A DNA stretch of 64,000 nucleotides. It comes from a virus. The stretch is from positions 61,220 through 125,219 of IMG/VR virus record IMGVR_UViG_3300046001_008198; one strand, written 5' to 3'. A program made the position numbers and the translations under genes. Below, piece after piece: positions 1-9,237 of this stretch. Under the pieces are notes generated by a model. It saw only the letters and a program-made list of their open reading frames with translations, was not told the origin of the DNA and made no database searches. Within the stretch, counting starts at the first letter, position 1. The number at the start of each line of letters is the position of its first letter.

Positions 1-83
1 GCTGTGTACAACCATCGGGCTTTATTCCAAGCATCGCTTAGCCAATCGGCATTAATGTAGACATGATCCCATTCCTGACCTTG
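1..83 (-). CDS. Dda/RecD-like SF1B helicase, exon 2 (runs off window)
   Basis: Minus strand from 83 reads CAA GGT CAG GAA TGG... = QGQEWDHVYINADWLSDAWNKARWLYTA, which continues HKA of exon 1 into the SF1B motif HKAQGxE and approaches the YTAxTR motif. Confidence 0.92.
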
Positions 84-1115
84 CGGTTTATTTAATTGTT
101 ATTTTTTGAGTGTGTTTATCAAACACATAACAATTACCTTCTGTTTCCATGAAGGATTGGACTATATCTTTAACATTTGCATTACAATATGCTATGAATG
201 ATACACTGTAAGTTTTTGAGAATTTCCATTTCACATCATGCAAAGTATTATGTTTTGCTGTAGTTGTGAGCGTACTCCAAGTATGTCTATTATTAAAAAA
301 TAGATTTGCTTCAAGTGCATTTTTAAAAATTAGAATTTGATTTTCATTTTCTAAAATGATAGGTGGATGTTTTGTTTTACCTGCTTGTGGATTTCCATAA
401 CCTTTTCTTTGTTTAGATAAGTTTTCAGAGAAGCCTGTTGGTTTAGCAACACCTTTAATTTTTTTAGATATCAAATGAGAAGTAATCTTTTTAGATTCTT
501 CTGTAAGCATTGAATATGTATCACCTCCTTTACCACCAATAGTTTGATTAGTTAAAGAGTGTTTTTGTGAATATATTTTAATGTAATGCTTTTCTAATAG
601 ATTAGAGATAATTTCAGAACAACAATCTATTTCGGTAATTATTGCTTTTGTTGGCAATAAGTTATGTAAATAAGAAAGCCTTTTGTTCCAATTAACTGAT
701 CCTTTATTTGCAGCAGTTACTCTTCTGTAATGTGCAGATAATCTATCTTTTAATTCTAATTTAGTACAACCAATATAAAATATTTCATTGGTCAATGGAT
801 TACTTAATGTGTAAATCTTATGTGTGTTCATAGTTTTGATTATAAAGATAAGCTTTATGAATCGATGTTGCAAATATTACTTCCTGTTTCGGATAAAGTT
901 TGATAACTTTTCCTACTCTACTTCCTTCCATTCTAAAAGAATGTGGTTTCGATAGTCTCTGAACCTTACCCATTTTACAAGGTCTTGGCTGCTGATTGCC
1001 CATTCGACATCTCAGTAATTTTTAAGCATTCACACTTACTCTTTGGAGTTATGTTGTAGCTTACTGAGCTTTAGGGTATTCCAGCAATTAAAGAAGTTTT
1101 ATAAGACCCAAGTTA
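84..1115 (-). mobile_element. Group I self-splicing intron (probably IA-type) with homing endonuclease
   Basis: 5' exon ends in U (AAGGCU) pairing with IGS GGUCUU (U-G at splice site); P AAUUGCUGGAAU (1078-1089); Q AAUCAGCAG (989-997); R GUUCAGAGACUAU (952-964); S AAGAUAUAGUCC (159-170); P9 CCUUC..GAAA..GAAGG (137-155); terminal G at 84; P10 CUUG/CAAG; splicing restores the frame. Confidence 0.95.
88..831 (-). CDS. Intron-encoded GIY-YIG homing endonuclease with NUMOD3-like DNA-binding segment
   Basis: KIYTLSNPLTNEIFYIGCTK..DRLSAH GIY-YIG variant, NQTIGGKGG, NUMOD3-like LSKQRKGYGNPQAGK; start taken at Met15 of the track ORF. Confidence 0.88.
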   Translation of the reverse strand: MNTHKIYTLSNPLTNEIFYIGCTKLELKDRLSAHYRRVTAANKGSVNWNKRLSYLHNLLPTKAIITEIDCCSEIISNLLEKHYIKIYSQKHSLTNQTIGGKGGDTYSMLTEESKKITSHLISKKIKGVAKPTGFSENLSKQRKGYGNPQAGKTKHPPIILENENQILIFKNALEANLFFNNRHTWSTLTTTAKHNTLHDVKWKFSKTYSVSFIAYCNANVKDIVQSFMETEGNCYVFDKHTQKITIK

Positions 1116-2297
1116 AGCCTTGTGTGTGCTTGTTGCATAGCCATAGGTACTAATGATAACCGAAGATTTCCATCCGAGTACTCGCTTGTTACCAAAATAT
1201 ACGGCTGTAGTAAATCTCTTATCAAATTTGAAAGAGTTTATCTTCATAAGCATTGATGGATGTAGACTTGGTTTATCAAGGTCTGTGACTAATAGAGTTT
1301 GAAACTTTCTATCGATGAATTTAGGATCGGTAGTTTCTATCTCATGTTCGATGAATACGAATGAGTAAATGCCATAGACAGGATTATTTTTAGTGCCTGT
1401 GTCAATTTCTCTTCGGAAGGTATCAAGCACAACTGGATTACGAATTACATATTGCTCACCATTGTTGTACAAGGTGTTTGCTACAGAGATAACTCTTTCA
1501 TAGTCATTGATAGGGTTTTTGATTTCATCCTTGTATCTCACACCTCTGATCAATCGATTGTATTCTAATCTTTTGTTATTAGTGGATGTAAGCAGGATGT
1601 AACTTTTATTTCCTGTGATGTCAGCTATTAGTTCTGGGCTGAACTTTTTAACTACACTGAAATCTTCTGAACCGTTATCAATTAGATGACATTCATTTGA
1701 TTGACGAAGATGTGTTGCTACTTTGAGGATTGCTCCATCGTTGCGCTTTACTTCATACAAAGTGAACATCCATTCTTCTTTGAATTCCATGTTAGAGTTA
1801 TTCCATGAGAATATTTGCGGGTCTTTGCCAACAGGTTCCAATTGGAATCCATCGCCCATAAATATAATCTTTGCACTTGCTTTCTTTGCTTCACTTAATA
1901 AATCAAGAAGAACTTGTTCATCAATCATAGAGCATTCGTCAACAATGTACACACGGCGAAGGTCAAGACCTTTACCTTTTTTGAACTCGCCTGTTTTTTC
2001 ATCAGGACCTCCGTATAATGCTGAATGTAATGTAGAGAAAGAGGTTGAATTGTTTATAATCTTTTCTCTTAATCTTTTTACTGCAGCATTGGTTGGAGCC
2101 ATAACATCGGCTTTAAAATATACAGCTATGTTTTCAGCAATGGTTGTTTTACCAGTACCTGCATAACCGCTTAGAAGAAAGTATCTTTCTCCGCTTTTTT
2201 CCCATTCCAGTATCTTTTCTAAAGCACCCCTCTGATCCGCTGTGTATTCAATTACATTGGATCGAGAGGTGAATATATCTTTTACAATTTGACTCAT
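1116..2297 (-). CDS. Dda/RecD-like SF1B helicase, exon 1
   Basis: Walker A SGYAGTGKTT, Walker B IVDECSM, MGDGFQLEPV, ends YGYATSTHKA at the intron boundary. Confidence 0.92.
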
Positions 2298-2298
2298 G

Positions 2299-2859
2299 TT
2301 ATTCGCGAGCCCATCCGTAAAACATATAGAGTCCTACACTTTCTTTACTGCTAGGTTTATAATTTACGGTTGCTGTAAGTGTGCTACCTTTTTCTAATTT
2401 TTTAGCTATGTTGATTGTACATTTACGCTTATTCTTTTCACTCCAAGTGCGAGCTTTTGTAAGAGCTTCGCCTTTTGTAGCACATGAGTCAAGTAAATCG
2501 TCACCGCTGGATGTAGAAATTTCAAAGACCTGGATCCATTTTTTAGTTCCTTTTTCTACATGGTGTTCAACTGTAGTTTTAATTTTAGATTTATTTTCTA
2601 CTGGTTTGACTAATTCCATGAAATAAATGGCTTCATCATTATTTGATGCATACTCTTCTGCAAAGTCGTAGAATCCTTTCTTTTTTGCTTTTGCGAAGTC
2701 GCAAGTTCTATCAATCAAGCGGTGTGATTTGCTTGAATTAATAGTTCCTGAATAACCTTCTTGATGGCCCATTTCATCATCTGCATCATCCATTGCTTTT
2801 CTATAAGCCTCTTGGACATTAAAGCCTCTGGCTTGTACTGTAAATACTACACTTCCCAT
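2299..2859 (-). CDS. hypothetical protein
   Basis: 186-aa ORF abutting its neighbours in the operon. Confidence 0.8.
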   Translation of the reverse strand: MGSVVFTVQARGFNVQEAYRKAMDDADDEMGHQEGYSGTINSSKSHRLIDRTCDFAKAKKKGFYDFAEEYASNNDEAIYFMELVKPVENKSKIKTTVEHHVEKGTKKWIQVFEISTSSGDDLLDSCATKGEALTKARTWSEKNKRKCTINIAKKLEKGSTLTATVNYKPSSKESVGLYMFYGWARE

Positions 2860-3293
2860 TATGCTGCCGTGTTATTAGGTAAATTAATTAATTTTTCTAC
2901 CATGCTTTGTGTTTCAGGATCCTCTGAATTTAGAAACATGATTAGTCTGTCATATTCATTTTTGGATATTTCTTTGTTGAGACATCTGGTGTTAATGATT
3001 TCTTTGTACTGTCTTGCTTTTTCTTGCCACAATCCAATGTTTTTATTGATAATATTGTAGCCTTTTTTAAGCTTTGCGCTCATCATTTCATCAAAGCTAA
3101 TGTATGCTAATGCCTTACTGACATGACTACAAATAATAACTTCTCTGTTTGCCTTTCCTGTTTTACCATGTTTGGCAATTACACTGTATGAATTATTATT
3201 ATTGTGTTGGTGAAGGAAGATGTTATAATCTTTGTCAGAATTTTGACTACGATTCATGTAGTTCAGGAATACATTTTGAATAATAATACTCAT
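2859..3293 (-). CDS. WGR-domain-like protein
   Basis: SDKDYNIFL..SVIAKHGKTG..AYISFDEMMSAKLKKGY fits the WGR pattern (NKFY..WGRxG..F.K....K..KGY). Confidence 0.6.
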   Translation of the reverse strand: MSIIIQNVFLNYMNRSQNSDKDYNIFLHQHNNNNSYSVIAKHGKTGKANREVIICSHVSKALAYISFDEMMSAKLKKGYNIINKNIGLWQEKARQYKEIINTRCLNKEISKNEYDRLIMFLNSEDPETQSMVEKLINLPNNTAA

Positions 3294-3294
3294 G

Positions 3295-3636
3295 TTATAG
3301 CAATTTAAGGATGGTTTCTAAAAAAGAAAGCTCTTTGGTGATACCAGAGTAAACTTGAGCTTCAGTGTTGACATCCGATGATACTGTACAAGAATTTAAT
3401 ATAACTGAATCAATAGATTCATGAAGTCGTGCATCCCACAAATCGGAAGAGGTATTTTTATCTATAGCTTGAATTAATTGAGTAGCTGCAGTTTTAAGAA
3501 CTTCCATATTGTTGAGTGCTTTGAGTACAATGTCTGCTTCTGCTTTTGTAGAACATAGGCAAATCCGTCCATAAGATTTCTCGAATACAACTACACTACC
3601 GTCTTTGTATGAGATTTTTCTATACTTGTTTGCCAT
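3295..3636 (-). CDS. hypothetical protein
   Basis: 113-aa ORF, tight packing. Confidence 0.7.
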   Translation of the reverse strand: MANKYRKISYKDGSVVVFEKSYGRICLCSTKAEADIVLKALNNMEVLKTAATQLIQAIDKNTSSDLWDARLHESIDSVILNSCTVSSDVNTEAQVYSGITKELSFLETILKLL

Positions 3637-3637
3637 A

Positions 3638-4624
3638 TTAATCTATCCAAAAGGTTCCACAATCTTGACATCTGTTACCACAAGGGTAGTTGTTGATGTA
3701 AGTAGTATTTCTATGACGAGTGATATCCATATCTCCCGCACTACATTTACCTGCTTTATAAATAATATCGAATCGCTTGTCACGGTTTGTGATTTCGCTA
3801 AGACTGGATTCAGGTAAGATTCTTTTGCATTTAGTACGACTGAATTCAACTTTGGTATTTTCACACCAGTTGCTAGACATTTGACATACTGAATGAGTGT
3901 ATGAGTACTTAATGTTTTTGCAGATATGAATTCTTTCTTTTTCCAAAGGGAGAATAACAGTTCCTGTACAATAACAATGATCACCACTTCCATTTGAAGT
4001 ATTAATTATAGCTAATGCAAAGTTACTAAAGCGAAGTGAGTTAATCTTTTCATCAATGATGATGTACTTTTCTAAATCATCGTAGAAATAAATGACTAAA
4101 TTTCCTCCGTAAGAGGCTTGCATAATCATCATATCGATAGCAGCATCTGTTTCAGGTGAAGCTTTCTTTAAGCCTATGAAGTTTTTAATACATTTTCTTT
4201 CCTGAATTATTCGCTTTTTAGACCAATTCCATGACTCTGAGTCCATTTCATATCCAGTGTCGTAGAACATGGTTTGCTTACCCGTGTTGCGAAATAAATC
4301 TTTAATTGGAGTTGATGTATCATTGTCATAAATTTCATCAGTGATGCGATCGTTTAACTCATCCATGATTTCATCTATATCTTCTTCGGATAATTCTGGA
4401 AAGTCTCTTTCAATGGCTGATTTAACTTCTTCTTTTTCATCTAATATGTCTACATCCCAATCGAAAGTAATATCGTCAATATCTTCATAAGAAGATTTGT
4501 GTATTGCCGATTCTATTTCATCAAGTTTGTGACTTAAATCATCATTTTGGTCAACATAATAAATATGAGCCTTAGGAACAAGTGGTTTTACCTGCTCCCA
4601 AGACAATTTGATTTCTTTTTCCAT
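3638..4624 (-). CDS. acidic hypothetical protein with C-terminal Cys cluster
   Basis: 328 aa, ends YPCGNRCQDCGTFWID (possible Zn ribbon). Confidence 0.8.
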   Translation of the reverse strand: MEKEIKLSWEQVKPLVPKAHIYYVDQNDDLSHKLDEIESAIHKSSYEDIDDITFDWDVDILDEKEEVKSAIERDFPELSEEDIDEIMDELNDRITDEIYDNDTSTPIKDLFRNTGKQTMFYDTGYEMDSESWNWSKKRIIQERKCIKNFIGLKKASPETDAAIDMMIMQASYGGNLVIYFYDDLEKYIIIDEKINSLRFSNFALAIINTSNGSGDHCYCTGTVILPLEKERIHICKNIKYSYTHSVCQMSSNWCENTKVEFSRTKCKRILPESSLSEITNRDKRFDIIYKAGKCSAGDMDITRHRNTTYINNYPCGNRCQDCGTFWID

Positions 4625-5058
4625 TACTTAACAATTGTGCGATGGGCTCTTACTAAATAGACTTCACCATTAGGTCTGTCGATAATAGCTCTTCCTTCTT
4701 TTAGGCTACTAAGTGTTGCAGTAGGTTCTCCTAAGAATATTTGAATAGCTGATAAGATTTTATCTGTAGCAGATTTACCATTAGTTACTTGAATTGTGTC
4801 AATGTATGTATCTTCTGGAGAGAATAGAACATCAACTTCAATAACTTTGGATTCTTCTCTTACAGGCATATCTGAGGCAATTGAAAGTACCACAGCATCA
4901 GGAGCTGGAGTGTCGAGAATTTGAGTTGGTTGATCGTAAGATTTAACTGTGAGTGTTTTACCTTTGAGTTGCTTTAATGCTTCTCTGTCGATAAAGTTCT
5001 CTGGGTCCGGACATAATACAATTTTCAATGCTCCGTTGCTGATGATAGTAATTTTCAT
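4624..5058 (-). CDS. hypothetical protein
   Basis: ORF; ATG at 5058 preferred. Confidence 0.7.
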   Translation of the reverse strand: MKITIISNGALKIVLCPDPENFIDREALKQLKGKTLTVKSYDQPTQILDTPAPDAVVLSIASDMPVREESKVIEVDVLFSPEDTYIDTIQVTNGKSATDKILSAIQIFLGEPTATLSSLKEGRAIIDRPNGEVYLVRAHRTIVK

Positions 5059-5068
5059 TGTGTAAGAT

Positions 5069-5536
5069 TTAGAGTATACCGTTGTCGGCAAATGAATAAT
5101 AATTATGTTTTGTTATAATTAAGTGGTCAATAACTTGCATATCAATCATGCTACCAAAGTTTTTTAATTTTCTAGTAAGTGATATATCATTATCGCTTGG
5201 TTTATTTTGACCACTTGGGTGATTGTGAACTAAAATTATAGCGTGACAATTGCTGTTTTTTAATGCATTGCTGAATATAATTTTGCCATCAACTACAACT
5301 CCACTGTATCCACCTTCTCCAATTTTTGAGTAACCAATAATTTGATTAGCTTTGTTGAGATATAAAGTGTAGAAGTATTCGTTTAGATTAATTTCACATA
5401 GTTCTTTTTTGTAAATCTTTCTCATAAAAGCTGCAGTTGTTTCAGGACTTGTCAGGTTTTCTATAGGAAATGTAGTACTTTCTTTTGCTAATGTAAGTCT
5501 TTGTCGAATTACATATTTTACTGGAAGTTTCATCAC
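5069..5536 (-). CDS. radC: RadC-like JAB/MPN domain protein
   Basis: EYFYTLYLN, IILVHNHPSG..PSDND, VIDHLII: complete JAMM motif. Confidence 0.9.
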   Translation of the reverse strand: MMKLPVKYVIRQRLTLAKESTTFPIENLTSPETTAAFMRKIYKKELCEINLNEYFYTLYLNKANQIIGYSKIGEGGYSGVVVDGKIIFSNALKNSNCHAIILVHNHPSGQNKPSDNDISLTRKLKNFGSMIDMQVIDHLIITKHNYYSFADNGIL

Positions 5537-5814
5537 ATTAAGAAATTAATAGCTATTTGCATATCGATGAAGATAAGGTAATTACCCATAGCTAATTCAT
5601 CTTTGTGTCCTACTATTTTAAATAATGGTTCAAGAAATCCTTGATTGTTTTTGAAACCTGTTATTCTTGCAGATCTGATAATACCATTTTGTTTTTTAGG
5701 AAGCATGTAGTCTCTGTGTAGAACAAGAACTTTACTCCCTATTGTCAGGTCTTTCATTGGGAAACTGTATCCTTTTGGAAGATCTGTTTGATTTATTTTT
5801 TGATGTTGTGGCAT
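5533..5814 (-). CDS. hypothetical protein
   Basis: 93-aa ORF with 4-nt overlap to the JAB gene. Confidence 0.65.
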   Translation of the reverse strand: MPQHQKINQTDLPKGYSFPMKDLTIGSKVLVLHRDYMLPKKQNGIIRSARITGFKNNQGFLEPLFKIVGHKDELAMGNYLIFIDMQIAINFLM

Positions 5815-6229
5815 AGTTAATAAATTGTTTGAAAAAGATTCTCATAATTTCATCTTTGCTGTAATTGCTGTCAATGAATTGTTCAAATTCTTTTTGATTA
5901 ATATTAATTTCAATTGTATATGAAGTTTCAGTAGTTTCTCTAGGAGATTTTTCTAAATATTGTGGAAACTTCATTGGTATTTTTGAGCGTAATTCTTCTG
6001 TAAATTCTATAAATTCGGGATGATTCTGAATGAAAAAGACTTCAATGATATTATGGCGAATTGCATCATGGTTTCGATTTAATTCTTTACCAATAGCACT
6101 CAGAGACATTTTTAGTATCCAAAACATATATGCGGCTATATAATGTCGTTGTAATACAATGTCTCTGTTTCGTGCTCTTGTAATTAAACCTTTCTCTTTC
6201 ATGAATCCCCGTAAGTCATCAATTGTCAT
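5732..6229 (-). CDS. DnaA C-terminal-like helix-turn-helix protein
   Basis: RARNRDIVLQRHYIAAY..SLSAIGKELNRNHDAIRH resembles DnaA domain IV (R..IA.AR..AMY..SL..IG..F.RDHTTV.H). Confidence 0.65.
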   Translation of the reverse strand: MTIDDLRGFMKEKGLITRARNRDIVLQRHYIAAYMFWILKMSLSAIGKELNRNHDAIRHNIIEVFFIQNHPEFIEFTEELRSKIPMKFPQYLEKSPRETTETSYTIEININQKEFEQFIDSNYSKDEIMRIFFKQFINYATTSKNKSNRSSKRIQFPNERPDNRE

Positions 6230-6230
6230 C

Positions 6231-6929
6231 CTAATTACATTTTAAGGTTTTAGTTGTTTCAACTGTCCACGGAATATCTGAATGTTCAAAGCAATCTTTG
6301 AGATAGTCAAATTCTTTGAATTTGAATTTGGCATCCCACTCTTTAGCTCTTTCATAACTAGATGTAGCTAAGGCTTTGAATCCGTAGAAATCTCGCATCT
6401 TTTCTACATCTATAGGCTCAATATCAATTTTTGTATCATTGAACTGTAATTGATAAAAAGAATGCAATGGATCCGGTGCGAACAAAGTTTGCTTTGGATT
6501 ACCTAATTCCATAAAGAAAGTTGCAGTATTTAAATATCTACTTGGATTGAGTTGATTGAATGCGGCATATACAGCTAACTGTAACATTGAATTGTTAACA
6601 TACCAATCTGTTACAGGTTTATCCGATGTAATATTTTTATGTTCAATGAATAGAAAAGAACCTGTCATTACTAATCCTTTGTTGTCATCTTTGAAATCAG
6701 GAATAACTTCATCGAATGCGTAGTGAATAAGTACTTCTTGATTGTTGACCGGAAGTTTATATGTTCCTCGCATTTCTAAAAATTGTGATGTAGCTTTAGC
6801 TAAGGCAAGTTCATTTCCTGCAACTTGTGCTGGTGTTACTACTGCTTTATCAGGATTGTTTCTTAGATAGCAGATTTGCATTGCAGACTTTTTGATAAGG
6901 TCGGCAAGGCCAAAATGTTGTGTTTCCAT
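6231..6929 (-). CDS. PD-(D/E)XK (RecB/Cas4-like) nuclease-fold protein
   Basis: YAFDE..FIEHK..LQLAVYA (RecB-type QxxxY); start at METQ after a terminator and the repeated motif. Confidence 0.55.
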   Translation of the reverse strand: METQHFGLADLIKKSAMQICYLRNNPDKAVVTPAQVAGNELALAKATSQFLEMRGTYKLPVNNQEVLIHYAFDEVIPDFKDDNKGLVMTGSFLFIEHKNITSDKPVTDWYVNNSMLQLAVYAAFNQLNPSRYLNTATFFMELGNPKQTLFAPDPLHSFYQLQFNDTKIDIEPIDVEKMRDFYGFKALATSSYERAKEWDAKFKFKEFDYLKDCFEHSDIPWTVETTKTLKCN

Positions 6930-6954
6930 GTGATGATAGTAAAATGAAAAAAGC

Positions 6955-7209
6955 CTACTGAGTTTCAGTAGGCCGAGGTAGTACCCAGTATACATCATTA
7001 GTTTGCTCGTCACGAACTAAAGGAATTTTGATTAATTCTATGTCTTTTGGGTTAATCTTAATGTTTTGATTGGTGCGGTAATAACCTTGTGCTTTATATC
7101 GAAGTGGGAAATCTTTTATGAATTGATCGGCTACTTCTGAGGAGAATTCTTGAGGTGATGCTGTAATATTATCAGTCTTATTGAAGACTATAAAGAGTTG
7201 TTGTTCCAT
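6955..7209 (-). CDS. hypothetical protein
   Basis: Short ORF followed by a terminator hairpin. Confidence 0.65.
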   Translation of the reverse strand: MEQQLFIVFNKTDNITASPQEFSSEVADQFIKDFPLRYKAQGYYRTNQNIKINPKDIELIKIPLVRDEQTNDVYWVLPRPTETQ

Positions 7210-7385
7210 ACAATACATCCTTCTTTTTTGTGCTTTTCATACATAAGCTCTGTTGTAGATCTTACAATGAATTTACGGTGAGGTTTCATTTTAAGTTTGT
7301 TGACATCAAAGCTTTCATAGCCTGGTAAACAACTAACTAAATGTTCAATATCGATTACTTGTTTGCGATTGGAATTTCTGATCAT
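7188..7385 (-). CDS. hypothetical protein
   Basis: 65-aa ORF overlapping its neighbours. Confidence 0.55.
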   Translation of the reverse strand: MIRNSNRKQVIDIEHLVSCLPGYESFDVNKLKMKPHRKFIVRSTTELMYEKHKKEGCIVWNNNSL

Positions 7386-7675
7386 ACTTCTTCTAAAATT
7401 TCAGCTTCTAAATAAGCAATTATTTCTTCTTCATTGTTAGGATCTATGATTGCAAATCTATGACATGAGTAAAAACTATATGGAAAATGTGCATCGGTTA
7501 ATGTGAGTTCAGCAAGTGTGAAACCCCATGTATTTTTTCCATACTGAGTTCTATGCAACTTAGTTGCTGTATAAACTCTTTTATCTTTAACCCATAGGTA
7601 GTCAGGAATTTCAACAGGTTTTTTTGCATCATCAATACATACGACCTTGCATGGTAATTTGATTTCTTTAGCCAT
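7382..7675 (-). CDS. hypothetical protein
   Basis: 97 aa, VVCIDD..Y.....F...RF pattern. Confidence 0.7.
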   Translation of the reverse strand: MAKEIKLPCKVVCIDDAKKPVEIPDYLWVKDKRVYTATKLHRTQYGKNTWGFTLAELTLTDAHFPYSFYSCHRFAIIDPNNEEEIIAYLEAEILEEV

Positions 7676-7952
7676 TGAATTCTTTTTTTATTTCAGCAAT
7701 AAGTCCGCGTCTTTCAAGGACTGCATGCATTGGATGTATTTGTTCCCAAGATCCCATTTTAACATGGGCTTTTCCTGAATTGTGTGCAATTAGTACTATT
7801 TGTTCAACTTGCAATGGTTGGAATTGGGTTGCTTCGGTTACAGCACCGGCTACATATTCGAATGAATGTACATCGTCATTATGTAGAAATAAATGACATT
7901 CTGCAAGATGAGGATCGATCTCGGTGAGTTCTTTATAAGAGGTCTTGTTCAT
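7668..7952 (-). CDS. clpS: ClpS-like ATP-dependent Clp protease adaptor
   Basis: LFLHNDDVHSFEYV, LIAHNSGKAHVKMG, RRGLIAEI: N-degron pocket residues N-D-D and H are conserved; Bacteroidota-type. Confidence 0.85.
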   Translation of the reverse strand: MNKTSYKELTEIDPHLAECHLFLHNDDVHSFEYVAGAVTEATQFQPLQVEQIVLIAHNSGKAHVKMGSWEQIHPMHAVLERRGLIAEIKKEFNG

Positions 7953-8358
7953 GAGCGAGTTTTGGGTTTTCAAAATGAATTTTATCATGGCAGTTACGAC
8001 ACGAGGCTTTAAAGAATTTTACCTCAGTTGTATTAATACCACGACCTTTCGAGTGATGCAAATCAGTTGCGGATCCAGTGCAACCTACCCAATTAATTTC
8101 ACAGTAAGGATGTTTATTGAGATATTCTAATCTAACTTTTAGATACTCAGCTTTAATCTTTGCTTGTTTTGGTGAAAGTTTTTTAATTGGGGTTGGTGGT
8201 TTTACTGTAGGCTTTTTTACATTTGATGCTTTGTCACTCATTTGAAGCGAGCAACTATAACTGCAGCAAGGCAACCTGTCTCCATCTATTGTTACATATT
8301 TGAAGACAGGTCTATTGTTACCACAACAAATGCACTGTTTATGTTTTCTAGCAATCAC
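7933..8358 (-). CDS. HNH endonuclease-like protein (Ref/NinG-like Zn-binding)
   Basis: CICC..CSYSC N-terminus; CE..GC..ATDLHH..CRNCHDKIH. Confidence 0.7.
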   Translation of the reverse strand: MIARKHKQCICCGNNRPVFKYVTIDGDRLPCCSYSCSLQMSDKASNVKKPTVKPPTPIKKLSPKQAKIKAEYLKVRLEYLNKHPYCEINWVGCTGSATDLHHSKGRGINTTEVKFFKASCRNCHDKIHFENPKLAHEQDLL

Positions 8359-8924
8359 ATTGCAGCAAAGTTAGAAGGTAATAGTTTACTTTCCAAAAGT
8401 TTTTCGATAATCATACCTCTGGATATTCCTAATTCCTTGAATGAAAGTGTGCATTTAAAATTTGAATCTGTTGTAATGTCTGAGCTTAATAACTGCTTGA
8501 ATAATACAGCAGGTAAGATTTCAGGAGTTTGCTTTTTAATTTGCACAGAAACTTTAGAAGTGTTTTCGTATGAGCGCACGATTTTGAGGTCATTACTTCT
8601 TTGACTTGAAGCTGATGATAGTAAATCATTCGCCACATTACTGAAAGCTTTCAATCGGAGATTCATTATCTCTTGCTTGAAGATGTTAATTACATCTTGA
8701 GCTTTTCTGTGAGTTTTTGCTATACGAGATTTCTTTGCAGAATTCATGGTATATAATTCTTCTGGTGTGTAAACAGAGAGTCCGAACAATAAGCGATCGT
8801 AAAGATGCTGCTGTCCGTTTGATAGAGATACTGGTCCATAAGACTGTGCTAGTTTTTGGTACTCAGTTCTGATAATACGAGTTTTAGTCAGTGACGCTAA
8901 GTCCTGAAGAGAATTTGTTTTCAT
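8355..8924 (-). CDS. hypothetical protein
   Basis: 189-aa ORF. Confidence 0.8.
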   Translation of the reverse strand: MKTNSLQDLASLTKTRIIRTEYQKLAQSYGPVSLSNGQQHLYDRLLFGLSVYTPEELYTMNSAKKSRIAKTHRKAQDVINIFKQEIMNLRLKAFSNVANDLLSSASSQRSNDLKIVRSYENTSKVSVQIKKQTPEILPAVLFKQLLSSDITTDSNFKCTLSFKELGISRGMIIEKLLESKLLPSNFAAM

Positions 8925-8945
8925 ATAAATTTGGATTAAAGAATT

Positions 8946-9200
8946 TTATTCATCATTGAATAGAGCATCGAGATTAATCTCTACTGTTGGCTCGTCTTCA
9001 TCTGTGAGAAATTCAAGGGTTTGGTGTTGTGATGGATCTTCGATGTCTTCTTCGATGTGTTCATCAAGACTTTCGAAAGGGTTGGATGAGGCTCCTCCGA
9101 TGTTCATGCCATTTAGGACTTTCAAATCATCATCGTCCATAGCTAAAAAAGCCTCTAAGGACATGTTGATTGATTTACCATTTGGACATTGATACCTCAT
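8946..9200 (-). CDS. small acidic hypothetical protein
   Basis: MRYQCPNGKSI..., D/E-rich. Confidence 0.75.
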   Translation of the reverse strand: MRYQCPNGKSINMSLEAFLAMDDDDLKVLNGMNIGGASSNPFESLDEHIEEDIEDPSQHQTLEFLTDEDEPTVEINLDALFNDE

Positions 9201-9237
9201 TGTTGCAATAATTATATATAATAACAAAAATAAGTTA

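Noticed and set aside
818-1003. 61-aa ORF MGNQQPRPCK
   Set aside because: It is a translation of the intron Q-R core, not a gene
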